Assembly (NCBI RefSeq): GCF_006345805.1
Contig: NC_042997.1
Location: 147,994,001 to 148,058,000 of the forward strand
Direction of reading: 5' to 3'
Length of the DNA stretch: 64,000 nucleotides
From: Octopus sinensis
Lineage: Eukaryota
Made by a program: the position numbers and the translations under genes. Positions 15,411 to 29,599 of the stretch are shown piece after piece. Every line of letters starts with the position of its first letter. The first letter of the stretch is position 1. Under the pieces are notes generated by a model that saw only the letters and a program-made list of their open reading frames with translations, made no database searches and was not told the origin of the DNA.

Positions 15411-18400
15411 AACAATAATAATAATGCTACCATAAGTGTTGAGCGTAATGTAGCAGAGCGGAGGCAATTCTACGATGAGTTTCTAAGCTTTATTTCCATA
15501 ATTTTACGCATTGTACGATATACAGTCATGTGAAACTGAACTTCATTTCATCTTACATGTCAATATAAAGACGCATGATTATGTAGAAAAGTTGATTACT
15601 ACATCACAACCACCTCGTTTCTCTTCCTAAGCATCTCCATATCAAAGTATTACTGCTATTACTTCAAGCATGCTTGAGATAAATATGTTATGTGGATGCA
15701 ATGCAAAATGAGCGTGTTTTGCTTAAATTGTTTCATCTTGTTCTTTTCTTGAAATTGTTCAAACAGAAAAATACGTTGAATTTACATCTCTTTTACTTCT
15801 CTACTTTCCTGTTTCTACTTCAATACATTTCTGAAGATATTATATTTAATTGTACATTTTAAAATAATATATACTACATAATGAAAAGAAATTTTCAAAG
15901 AATCATGATACATGTCTAAAAGAATCACGTCAAATCAAATTTCTTTTATCATCCGAACCAGTTTAATGACACTCGTATACATTTCTCTTTCATCTATGTT
16001 TCCATTAGAGATAATTTGGGCGCTATCAATCTTGAAATTGGTTCAGTCATTAGAAGTCACTTTGTTCAGTAAAATGAATCTATTTCTGATACTTGAATTA
16101 GATACACACGAGGTAAACAAACATTGAATCCATTCAACGTGATGTTTTATGTCAAGATTAAATTTGGTTAGTATCTCTCACATCACCCATCCTTCTGGAT
16201 TGCTACATTACTTCTAGAAATTGCGGAATAACGTACTGTCATTAGTCGTGCACAGTATCATTTCTGTTTTCTGTGAGATCTCATAGAAATGACATTACGT
16301 GTAAGAAAGGAAGAACATTTAATAATATATTAAATACATATACCTACACGAAGAACTAGCGACTGTCGCTCTACAGAAAATAATAAATTAAAAGGTATAT
16401 ACCAAAACACGATTAAAAATCGAATAATTCTAGTATAAGTATAAATGCATGCAATTATGTATTTATGTAGGCATATAGATCCAAATGTAACTCGATAATG
16501 ATATGATAATTATCTAAAAGGAAAGAGAAATAAAATATTTAATCCTGCTGAAATATATTAAAAACATCGATGATGCTGAAATAATACAGACTAAATTATA
16601 GTATGCTTCTATGATAATTTGTATAAAGTATTGTCATAGACAGTTCGAAACTTATTCGTTAATTTTGTATCTTGGAATACCAATTCAGAAGTTGAATAAT
16701 AAAAGAGCAACAATAAGCTAAGATAAAACATAACAAATAACATGGGAAAAAATTTTGTTTATATTTTTAAAGAGATTTGTAATTGTTTTCTAAATTTGTA
16801 TCCATAAAACATTTGTATAGTGTGTTTAAATTTGTGTTTCCAATTTGCATAGCTTCTTTTTCTTTATTTTACTGTTGTCTTGCATTTTCTAATTTATAAG
16901 AGTAAAAATTCAGTATTCCTGAAATTATTCAATATCGCTTCACTAAATCATTAATCCAACGAAATAAATTCGATAAATACGCATAACACTGAGATAAAAA
17001 TACCACACAAAAATAAACCAGTGTTTATAAAATATTGTATTTTAAAATCTTAGACGATTTCTGAATATTTTTTTCTGAATATTAACCATTTTTCTTTGTT
17101 ACTACTTTCTGATTATTATGGAAGGAATGATAGTTGCAAAAATCAGATATCTCTTATGAAGAGGAGAAATGATATTGGATTCTTCCCTCCTTTTCAAAAT
17201 ACAAAGGCAAATAAGGAAGTCTCTTCGGATGTAAACCATATTTGAAAACATTTTCTAATTTATTTTGTAGCTGTAAATTAAATAGGAAAGATAAGCAGCC
17301 ATGCGAAAAGTGACATGCAAATAGTAATTTTCGAGCAGATTGTATTTGGTATAAAAGTTAGTTATATAACAAAAATTGAATATATGATATATTTTAACAA
17401 ATATCTTGCTAACATTTCAAAATATTTCCGGTTGGAGACAATTCATATCTGTAACGCAACCATAACCCATAGAAAAGATATCAAGATACAATTAAAAAAA
17501 AAGTAATAATGATAATGTAGGCCGCAGTGTCAAGTCAAAGTAAGGCGATATTTCATTATTAGTCCAGAAAATATTGTAGTTGATTGATTACAGATACTTG
17601 TGAAGACTAGCAACTATTGTAAAATATTTAAATTACATGTTGTTTTTTTTAAAGAATAATAGTAAATCTGGAATGCGCAAATATCCGTGACTGCTGAATA
17701 GACAAATATCCGCTTACACGCAAACGAGCACAAAAAAGAAAAATAAACGAAAAAAAAAAAATTCACGTTATACCTCTAATTATTAAGTTCCTGCAAGATG
17801 TTAGGCTTATGCTATTGATTTTATTTATTTTATACCAATCATTGTATTTTTTTCTGTTAAATAGAAATTAAGAATGTGAAAAACAGTAATTTTATCTCTT
17901 AGAAAAACATCAATCTCATTCACTGCGATGAGTTTCAACGAATCTAAAGTTATATACTTTTATTTATGCGATAATAATTGTCGTATGCAGCTATATTTTA
18001 AACAACAGTTGAAACCACTTGTTATATGCATTGCATGGAAAAATGGCACACAACAGGCCACCCTACATATCTTTGCGTCATAATGTTCTACTCTTTTGGC
18101 AAGTAATTATTCTGAGTTTGTCTTCTAGAAAGCGCGACCTTTCTATTTAATTTTAAAATCTCAACGTCCATATTTATATATTTACTCTTCTTTCAATTTC
18201 AACTGTATAATTTGCAGATACATAAAATCTCACCTCGCCTACATGAAACAATTGTTGATCAATTAGTTATTTATTATAATGTTACAACTTGTGATATTAA
18301 AGCATGATGAGGCCTAGTGATGAGACAAATTTTTATAAGCAATTAAGCTATGTTTAATGTATCCGAGAATTAGAGTTAGTGTTAGTTCAAGCGACGAATT

Positions 18401-18549
18401 AAGCTTAACAATGAAGACAATTACTGGTTTCTCCTCTCACATAGTTTTCTCCATATTAAATATCATTTACTAAGATTTTGCATATGCGAAGTTATCGAAG
18501 ATGACGATTGCCCGAAGTAGCATACAATGAGAGTGAACGTAAAAGGACA

Positions 18550-18701
18550 AACATTATTTACATTATTTACATTTGACGGATATTTGTCCTCATCTTGTTT
18601 GTTGTTAACAAAACAGTTCGGCTGATATACCCTCCAGCCTTCAGCACGTGTCTTGAGGGAATTTCGAAACTGGGTTAAGGTATTTTCGATGTTATTGTTA
18701 T

Positions 18702-18734
<33 letters not shown>

Positions 18735-18745
18735 TATTATTATTA

Positions 18746-18797
<52 letters not shown>

Positions 18798-18863
18798 GGT
18801 CACTGCTTGGAATCGAACTCGGAATCTTGGGGCTAGTAGCCTGTGCTCTTAACCACTACGCCA
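18550..18863 (-). mobile_element. Composite SINE-like element: tRNA-derived head, (AAT/ATT)n spacer, degenerate hammerhead module
   Basis: Minus strand GGCGTAGTGGTTAAGAGC...GAGTTCGATTCC (A/B boxes, 18797-18863), then microsatellite, then GACAC-GTGCTGA-AGGCTG..CAGCC-GAAC (18607-18652). Confidence 0.65.
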
Positions 18864-19352
18864 CAGTGTTTAAGAGCGCGGGCTACTAATCCCAAGATTC
18901 CGAATTCGAGACAGCAATTATGCTGTGTCATTTCTGTGGAAGATGCAAGATTGCTCTCTAAATATAGACAGATGTACAAAGGCCAGGAAGATGACCATCA
19001 TAGCAATCTATCACTCAACAAAAAGACAACTCACACGCGAGATTGGCTGAAAAATCAACATAAAATTAAGTGTCGCGGTGCATTCTACGAGTGGTAAGTG
19101 GAGAGGAATAGCATCTTCTGCGTTCAAACAAGTTCATCGTATCTGGGATAAATACTAACAGATTATTAATCACATAGGAATAGGACTGGATGACAGATAA
19201 TTTAAGATGGCCCCAATTCAACATGACATCATACACCACGCACAGTTGTATATTTGAGGTAGCATTATGTAGTTTAAGTAAATGGGGAATCGTACACCTT
19301 TAGTATTAGGTATGTTAATCTCATACATTAATTTGACCAATTACAACTGACG

Positions 19353-19563
19353 CAGGTCTACTGACACAGGTCTACTGACACAGGTCCACTGACACAGGTC
19401 TACTGACACAGGTCTACTGACTCAGGTCTATTGACACAGCTTTACTGACACAGGTCCACTGACACACGTCTACCGACACAGATCCACTGACACAGGTCTA
19501 CTAGCACAGGTCTACTGATCACTCTACTGACACAGGTCTACTGAAACAGGTCTACTGACACAG
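19353..19563. repeat. 14-bp minisatellite (CAGGTCTACTGACA), ~15 copies
   Basis: 15 units counted by eye, with substitutions and two 13-nt units. Confidence 0.95.
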
Positions 19564-20957
19564 ATTTTCTCAATCACAGATTAAAAAAAGTGTTCTTAAC
19601 AAGATGAAAATATATCATGAATTCATCGGATTGAGCCAATTATAATAAATGTAAGCTCTTAGCAAACCAATATTTAAACTGGGTTACATCATTTCAACTT
19701 TCCGAGTTTGTAAACAACGAAACTAAATATTGTTTACTACAATATGGGTACGTTGATATGAAATGTATGGGTTAACTAAGAATGTCTCAAACAGAAACGG
19801 AAATAACTTCAATATTAAAGTATATGAAACTAACAAAGAAAACAACAATATGGTAAATGCTTTTTGCCATTTTCAGAATATCAGATTAAAACTTGCTGTG
19901 AATCATGACATTTTGGATGATATTATTTGAATATATTTTTTATTCAGAGGCATCCTTTTGTCGAGTCCAGACTGTGGCATAGACTAGAATTAATACATTG
20001 ATTTCTGGCAAGACAGATTTATGTATTATTAAAAGGAGACAAAGCAATGTAAGTATATACACTGACATATCTATTGGATGCAGATATACATAAACACAGC
20101 ATCAAATGTGCACATATGAATAATTACAAAAGCGCAATTTTGTTGAACTATTTAAAAGTTAGTATAAACTACGAAATGAAGCAAATCATGAAAGACAAAT
20201 ATATTCGTAAATATATTATTCTGGTGTCTTTTTATGTATATTTTTGGAATTATTTGTAATTTCATCTGTGTAACACGATTATATATTCTGACTACTTTGT
20301 GATTTTATAAACAAACAAACGATATTCATGTAGCTAAGAAAAGTAGAGTGTACAACTGATAAATAATATACGAACTTAATCACAACTAAATTTGAAGACC
20401 ATTACTACTGATGCACTAGTTGGTCATAACCGTTGTCTTTTCTTCCCAGATATAAATAGTGAATATTATGGAAACGAATAACAAATTTCACATAGTCTGC
20501 GACAATCTATGATATAGTTCCTCGTTATTTACTATTAGCTTGCATGCCAATGTTACATTATATGATCTATCTGAGATAAACCCAGTCAAGCGAATTTGAG
20601 ATTATAAACCCAACGTCCAAAGGAAACTATCTGAAGGTGTCGTTCAACAACATAAGGTTTCATTTCAAATACTTAATCTAGAGTGAAAGAATATTTCAAT
20701 TAAATATCAATGCTGTTATTAGTAAAAAAAAATAACCCTCTGAATCAGAAGTGTTATGATATAAAAGCAAGAAGCAAAGGTGACCAATCAGAACCTTCAA
20801 TAAACTACAATTTTGTAAATTACAGAAGATTCGCTGGAAGTGTGCATCCGCTCAAACAGTGCTGGTAAAGGCACAAATTCTTGTGTTGCTAGACCTCTGG
20901 AACGATTCATATCCTAACCAGATGCTAAATTAATCAATCTAACCTTTTATCGATCTG

Positions 20958-21017
<60 letters not shown>

Positions 21018-21607
21018 CACTTTCCTCTCTGGTCAACCTCTCAACTTCTTCAAGTACCACTTGAAAATTAAAAATTGAGAGAAGAGAGGCAAGCTTTGTC
21101 TAGCGAACGTTTTACAAAAACATGGGTGACTGTAGCAAGGATGGCACGTATGAATGACGAAGCCACCATGAGCATAATCCTATGAACCCAGAAATTGAAA
21201 ACAGAGGGTTACCCACTTGCAAACAAATGTGGTAACATATAACAATATTGACCAAGGTTACCGTGGTCTTTTTCGTAGGCTTTTCTTCCCACGGATAAAC
21301 CTTACTTGCTTTCCCCTTTATACCATACATCATGACACTGTGATACACGATCCCTATTGATCGTTTTTCTTTCCTCTTCCCCTTTTTCCTCTTTTGTCTT
21401 CTTTTTTCATTTTCCTTTTCTTTTGGTCCTTTTCCCTTTTTTTCTTTCCCTTTTTTCCTTTTTTTCTTTTTTTTTGTTCTTTTTTTCCCTTTTAAGATCC
21501 CTTTTGATCGAAAACCTACGCCATCTTTTTTTTTCTCCCCCAAAAGAAAAGCTCTACCTTGTAACTTGTCCCATCTGTGTGCAGCCCTGTGTGGCCAATA
21601 AAGAAAC

Positions 21608-21610
<3 letters not shown>
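21018..21610 (+). mobile_element. Tx1/L1-clade LINE 3' end (ORF2 C-terminus plus 3' UTR), flanked by (TCTA)n on both sides
   Basis: Homologous to 51460-52134; ends AATAAAGAAAC then (TCTA)n; (TCTA)n also at 20954-21017. Confidence 0.8.
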
Positions 21611-21641
<31 letters not shown>

Positions 21642-21727
21642 GTCTGTCTATCTGTCTGTCTATCTACCTATATATATATATATGCGTATGTGTGTTTGTG
21701 AGTCAGTGTGTGTCTATGTGTGTGTCT

Positions 21728-21781
<54 letters not shown>

Positions 21782-22334
21782 TCACACATATACACACAAT
21801 TAATAAAGTAGATACGTTAGCATAATATAAATGTAACAGAGAGAGACAGAGGTTGGAGAGAGGGAGAGAGAGGGAGAGAGGGGGAGGGCTGCAAAATTTA
21901 TTGAATAGCCAAAAGCGTCAGAATGTTTAAAATCTAAAAGCGGTGGTCAAAAGAGATACCTCCCACCAGATTAATTAATTGTAATTTTGGAATGTGGGAA
22001 ATTAGTTATATTTTGGAAAACTGAAGCAAGCAATGCACTTGTTTCCAGTTTATTAGACATCCTCAGCGTATTCTGTATATTCAGAACCATACCAATCTGG
22101 TTTCGGGCAATTTCTTCCTCTCTTCAGTACTGGACAGCTCATCTGCTAAAGATTAATTTTTTATTAGGGTAATCAATATCGTACATAGGAAAGGAGAAAA
22201 CAAGACAATACAAACAATTATTGTTCATATATTTAGTTTTTAAAAATATTGAATAATAGATAATTAAATTTGAGCTTATTTGGGGATTAAACCTGATGGG
22301 CTGAAAAGCACAGCGACTATGCATTTTCCTTTTA

Positions 22335-23105
22335 CCATGAGGATTAAGCAGGGTCACTTGCACCCACCTTTCTTACCACAGTCTTCCATTTCTTCTCTAA
22401 CACACATCGTGTCAGGCAACTCCTCTCCAGCCCTATCCTGCTCTTCTGATGATATCTGAAATATGTCTGCAAACCAGGGCTAGAGATGAAGGATCTCGTC
22501 CCGAGTTCTTGTAATCTGGTGTTCCACACATATTCTTTCAACACTTCAACTGAACAGTTTTTTCTTCCGCCATTCTTTACTCCTTGCCAGTTAATTTATC
22601 CAACCTGTTTAAGGCGTAGCGTATAAGGTGAAGCTCGTCTTGGATCGGCCTGCGAGGAATGGCGCATGGCTGCGCTTTCCCTACAAGCTTCTCCACGACA
22701 CGCGTCAACCTTTTTGCTAACACCTTGGCCAAAATCTTTAACTCTACATTCAGTAGATTTATGGGGCTATAATTTCTTATACCGTCCCCGTTGTTGGGGT
22801 CCTTCTGGATCAGCGTCACCACTCCTCGATCAAGTCCGGCATGCTATGATAACACTCAAAGTGTAGACCATCCAGTCCCGGCGACTTGTCCCAGGCGCAC
22901 TCGGCCAGAACCTCTTTGACCTCTGGAGGTGTAATCTGTCCTTCACAGCATTCCACCTCACGTGCCGAGAGTCGCGGTCCACCGGCGAGGAAGCTCTTAA
23001 TGCACTCACCATGCTCGAGCGCGTCGCTCTGCCCAAACAAACAGGCGAAATGCTGGTGATAGGTCTTTTGCATATTTTTCTGTCCATAGATCTTGCGCCC
23101 CTATT
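22335..23105 (-). mobile_element. Tx1/L1-clade LINE fragment with internal deletion
   Basis: KSPGLDGL and NYSPINLLNVELKILAKVLAKRL RT-proximal motifs joined to a C-terminal segment (LKEYVWNTRL...KKWKTV) homologous to the 51460 copy. Confidence 0.88.
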
Positions 23106-24171
23106 CGTCAGTTAAAGACTGCTGTAGGTTTGGTAAAGACGAGTTACTGGGTGAAAGCATATTGCACAGAAGCACCCGTTTTATAGATATGATGTTACTA
23201 GTCCTGAGCAAGAAAAACTGTATATTATAATGAGGTTTCAGCTCGTATTCCATTTGGATGAATATGGAATTAACTCCTTGTCCACATTACTCCTAGGTTC
23301 GCTCTCACTGGGGATGGTAGTATATTCCAATTAAAAGCCATGGTTCAAATTGGCAAATTGTAAAACGTTCTTCTCTGTCTACTTGAGAATTGAACAAAAC
23401 TTATGCCTCAGTGGGATATCGGCAGAAAAGGAGACTGAAAAATATACACTGTAAATAAACTGGTAAAAAGCAACGGAAAAATCACTGCGGTATCTTTCTC
23501 AAAGAAAATCATGGCTTGAGAATTTGGCAGGAAGATTTGTGGTCACTGAGTCAATATAATCAGTAATACCACATATAGGAAGATAGAGACAGAAATATAG
23601 CAAGAGAAAGAGGAATTGATACCATGCGTTTGTTATCTCTGTGAAGTGCTTCTTATCACCAGGGCATCAATTTAAAAGTATACTTGCAAATTCTGAGATC
23701 TGAACTGCATTCGAAACATTCTGTTCGACATCATATATGTTTGTGTTATTGTTGTCGGTGGTTACCGAAAATTTGTTTGAAATATTTCAGATTTTCACAA
23801 AAAATATCATAATTTTATACTTTTTCAAAATTAGAAACTCTACGTATAATACTACTGACTGTTGCATTTTCATTTTGTTTCGATGGTGTCTTACTCTGTT
23901 CCATATAATTTTTCATGATGAAGGGCGACTACAGTATTGATTAGGAATTTCTGTGCAAAAGAAAATGAAATTATTTTAAAAGTCAATTTATATCATACAT
24001 CGGTGCGGAAAAGTCTTTCAAACAGTTCATTAAAAATCTGTGTATGAAAGAAAATTTTTAATGAAATTTCTCTATTTCAGTTACATTAGAAATACATTCA
24101 GAATCCTAGGAGTAATTTCAGGCACGTCTGCACAAAGGCACGTTTGAACAAAGTCAGAAGTCAATAATAAT

Positions 24172-24252
<81 letters not shown>

Positions 24253-24254
24253 TC

Positions 24255-24435
24255 CTAACGTTTGGCAGAAGGCCAGCAGTTTTGGGTGGAGCAGGCTAGT
24301 CGCTTACATTGGTAGCAGTACTTGCTATCGACCTCCAGAAAGTGAAAGTCAATGGTAACATCAATGGCATTTGAACTTAGAAGGCAAGAAGCTAGCGGAA
24401 GTGCCGCTGAACATTCTACCAGTTTTCCGCTCTCA
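24255..24435 (+). mobile_element. Degenerate S1 SINE-like remnant between microsatellites
   Basis: GGCCAGCAGTTTTGGG...TACTTGCTATCGACCTCCAGAAAGTGAAAG similar to the 15195 copy. Confidence 0.55.
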
Positions 24436-24437
24436 TA

Positions 24438-24549
<112 letters not shown>

Positions 24550-24612
24550 TAATAATAATAATAATGCTGATGATGGTGATGGTGGTGAAGGTGATAGTAA
24601 TAACAATAATAA

Positions 24613-27600
24613 CTGACAGATCCCGTCTTTTTCCCTTTCTTTTCGTTTCCTTCTCCGTATTTTATTCTCATTATTTCGAACTAATACAGACACAGTAAGC
24701 CTTGAAGAAAGGAAGAGGAGGAAAGGAGGAAAAAAAAAAAATGTCCGGAGATAAAACTATCAACAAAAAAAATACAGACGAATATAGATCTGCTAGTCTT
24801 AAGAAGCGGCGCTATGAGCAATGCTTACATGTAGTGAACCCTAAACTGACAGAGCCATCTCCTAATATAAGAATGGATGCTCGTCATGCTTCAAGGTCAA
24901 CAAATCAAACAATAAACCGCATTGGTCATTGCGCGGATTACAAAAGACCACGTACCCGAAAATTGAACCAAATCCTGATTGAAAAATCAGTTACTGGATC
25001 AAATCTTCCCAACACACAGGAGCTGGACGAACCCCACAACCGGAATATTCCAACAGATGGCCATCCATGCTCATCACCAAATAATCAAAAGAAAAAGAAG
25101 GAAAAATGGTCTAGGGAAGATAATAAAGAAGTTCTTGAGGCCTTCTACCATGCCATATATTTCCCCACAGATAAGTCTAGCACTGTACAAGCATACTTAA
25201 ACTGGAGACAGAAACACCCTGAAGTAAGACCCTACATAGACAGTAACAAGCTTGCCAATGTTAGAAGAAACATTATAAAAAAGAAATTACTGACTGAAGT
25301 AGAGATTGATCAGGTTAGACAAGCAATATCGGATAAAATGAACGAAGCTGCAGCTAGAGAAGATAATACAGAGGAAATGATTATAGACCAGCCCAGGGCG
25401 GATAAAAACGAAGAGAGGATTGAAAGAGTTAGTATAAGTGATAGGCAAAGTGAAATACGCCCTGAACCAATCATAAACACTAAGACAGATGAGCATCAAA
25501 TAGATAAAGAAAGTCACACAAATATTGACCCAACAGAACTACATGAGCTAAAAAATCAAATCATGATTGAATGGCTGAAAATTAAAGAAACCAGCATGGA
25601 TGAGCGTGATACACTTCCTAAAATCCGCAACTCTAACCAAAACATGAAAATAATTGGTAAAATCCGGCTTGCACTTAAGGATATAATTTCAGTTAATGAT
25701 GTTGATATCACAAACCTCAACCACCTATACTATGCATCCGCGAAAATCTCAACGATCCTATGTGGTGTAAAGATTAGAAAACGGCAACAGTCCCACAAAA
25801 AGCCTTCTTGGCAAGAGCGTCTGCAACAACAAATTAAATATTTAGATCTGACATTGAATATTTGAAAAACCTTAAGGCTCACAAGACTACCAAACCTACA
25901 AAAACCCAAAAATTACTGAAAAAATACAATATGAAAACTATACTTGATATTGATGCCACCATAGAAACCATCAAACAAAAGGTATCTGCCAAAGCTGCCC
26001 GCATAGCGAGGTATGAAAAGCGTGTTAGATTTTTCAAGGACAACAACATGTTCAAAAATAACACCAAGAATTTTTACAGGAAGATAGGAAAAACAGCGTT
26101 TACTGCAGGGTCTGTACCATCAAAAGAAGAAGTGCAGAGATTTTGGAATAAAATCTGGGCAGAAGAAAAAACACACAACGAAAAGGCCCCCTGGATTGAC
26201 AGAATATCTACAGAACTGGACCTCTTAGAAGAGCAAAAGTGGGAGGGTGTCAAGGTAGAAGATATAAGATCTGCTCTCAGGAGGTCAAGCAAATGGAAGT
26301 CTCCAGGAAAGGATAAAATTCCTAACTTCTGGCTGAATGCCTTCCCAGAGAGCCATGAACTGCTAACAGAACTGTACAATGATGTTTTGCAACACCCTAG
26401 TAGGATGCCTCCTTGGCTAGTTAATGGGTTAACATTCCTGCTTCCAAAAAGTGAAGAAACAAATGAACCAAAAAACTATAGACCCATAACCTGCTTAACA
26501 ACTATGTACAAAACACTAACATCTGTCCTGACGGAATATACCTATAGTTTTTTAACAGACAGCAGCATATTCCCTAATGAACAGAAAGGATGTAAACGTG
26601 GATCCTACGGCTGTAAAGACCAACTACTCATCAATAAGATGATCTTAGAAGATTGTCACAAACGACACAAAAACTTATCAATAGCCTGGATAGACTATAA
26701 AAAGGCTTTTGATAGCCTACCACATAGCTGGATTAGGAAATGCCTTGAAATGTATAAGATAGCACCAACTCTGCGAAACTTCTTGACTGTAAGTATGAGA
26801 TCATGGAGAACCACACTAACTCTGAACAGTGACAGTGAATCCCTAAATGCTGGTGATGTAAAAATTTCGTGTGGCATTTTCCAGGGTGACTCACTGTCAC
26901 CACTCCTCTTTTGTTTATCCTTAATACCTCTCTCAAAGCTGCTCAATGACGCGCAGTACGGGTATAAAATGTTTGATAAAAATATAAATCATCTCGTTTA
27001 CATGGATGATTTAAAGCTTTTTGCAAAAAATGATCAACAACTCAAGGGCTTACTAGCGATAGTCAAACAATTCAGTGACGACATCAGAATGCAATTCGGC
27101 CTCGATAAATGTGCAAAGGCTACCTTTATCAAAGGAAAAATGACAGAAACATCTAACGTTAGCCTTGACCAACAGAATGTCATAAAAGAACTAGACCCAG
27201 CGGAGAGCTACAAGTACCTAGGGGTAATTGAAGGGAAGGGAATAAGGCATTCAGAGATGAAGGAAAGGATCAGGAGAGAATGCTATCGAAGAGTGAGAGC
27301 AATACTCAAGACAGAGCTGAATGCAAGAAACAGGATCGAAGCAATCAATGCATTAGCTATACCAGTCGTGACTTACAGTTTCAATATTGTTAACTGGTCA
27401 ATTACTGAAATATGTCAGCTCGACAGAAAAATAAGGAAACTGTTGACAATGCATAGAATGCACCACCCTAAGGCAGATACAGAACGACTCTATCTGCCAA
27501 GAAAAGAGGGAGGCCGTGGTCTTTTGCAACTGGCAATAACAATGAAGATTGCTACAATTGGCCTAGACACCTACCTGAAAAACTCTGAGGACTGGATGTT

Positions 27601-28774
27601 AAAACTTGTCTCAAAACATGAAAACAAGAAAGCATCATACTCAGTCACAAAACAGGCAAAGGAATATCTAAGTGAATTCCGAATACAACCAATTTCGGAA
27701 TTAGAGATAGACATACAAGAAACAAGCACAGAAAAAGCTAGGCGCATGAAAACCCGTGCCAAAACTGCGGCCTTAGATATTCTGAATAATAAATGGCAAG
27801 AAAAACCTCTCTATGGCAAATACCCAAAGAGAGCGAATAATGCAGATATCGACAAAGCCCTGACCCATCAATGGCTAATGGCCTCTGGCTTAAAATCTGA
27901 AACAGAGGGGTTTATCATAGCAGCTCAAGATCAATGCCTACCAACAAGAAACTACCAGGCCAACATATTAAATATCAGAAGCAGTCCAACGTGTCGTGTA
28001 TGCAAGCAACAAAATGAAACCATTGACCATGTGGTCTCCAAGTGCAGTCTTCTAGCGCCTACAGAGTATCTCAACAGGCACGATAGAGCTGCACAATATA
28101 TTCACTGGGTAATCTGTAAAAACCTGGATTTGCCCCATGAAAAAAACTGGTGGGAACACAAACCACCCCCAGTGCTTGAAAATGACCACATCTCACTCCT
28201 CTGGAACTTCACCATTCAAACTGACAGGAAGATAGATGCAAATAGGCCAGACATCATATTGAAAGACTTCAAACAAAGAACATGCCTCCTCATTGATATG
28301 ACTGTCCCAATCGATATAAACGTATCTGTCAGGACCTACCAAAAACTGAGCAAATATAAAGATCTTGAAATAGAAATCAGCAAAATGTGGAAGCTGAAGA
28401 CTAAAACAATACCTGTTGTCATAGGTGCCCTGGGAATGATAGCAAAAGGGGCTGATAGCTACCTAACTCAGATACCAGGAAACCCAAAAATGGCAGAAGT
28501 TCAAAAGATAGTGCTCATGGGAACTGCTCATATCCTACGCAAAATACTCTCTATGTAACCTCAAGGTTTAAAACAACCATAATTTTCGGTTTAAAAAAAA
28601 AAAAAAAAAAAAAACTTTTTTTTTAGACATTCATTAGTACAACATCCCCACCCCCCAAATATATGGCACACTAGGCATAACAACAACATGAACTTCCAAC
28701 CCTGTTGTCTCTTGAGGTCTCTGGGTGAGACTTGGAGCCAACTTGTACAAATATAAAGCAAAAGTCAAACATAG
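24613..28774 (+). mobile_element. Apparently full-length R4/Dong-clade non-LTR retrotransposon (family A), ~4.16 kb, inserted in (TAA)n
   Basis: Single-ORF architecture with Myb-like N-terminus, RT, CCHC knuckle and REL endonuclease; 3' UTR ends ...GTCAAACATAG then (AAT)n; (AAT)n-rich tract upstream. Confidence 0.95.
24741..28558 (+). pseudogene. Retrotransposon polyprotein (Myb-like/RT/zinc knuckle/REL), ~1272 aa if one frameshift at ~25844 is repaired
   Basis: KWSREDNKEVL; NYRPITCL; WIDYKKAFDS; GIFQGDSLSPLLF; YMDDLKLF; YKYLG; CRVC-X8-H-X4-C; RHD; RPDIILKD; KLSKYKDL. Adding one A at 25844 joins ORF 24702-25865 to ORF 25862-28558 as KYLRSDIEYLKN. Confidence 0.93.
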
Positions 28775-28817
28775 AATAATAATAATAATAATATAAATAA
28801 TAATAATAATAATAATA

Positions 28818-29575
<758 letters not shown>

Positions 29576-29599
29576 TAAATAATGATAATAATAATAATA

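Noticed and set aside
18797-18863. Functional tRNA gene
   Set aside because: A/B boxes are present, but the acceptor and anticodon stems cannot be formed cleanly and it is embedded in a repeat, so it is treated as a SINE head
19353-19563. CRISPR-like array
   Set aside because: Contiguous tandem units with no unique spacers, in a eukaryotic context
22080-22135. Minus-strand CTGAAGA...GAAAC hammerhead-like string
   Set aside because: Stem II and stem I do not pair
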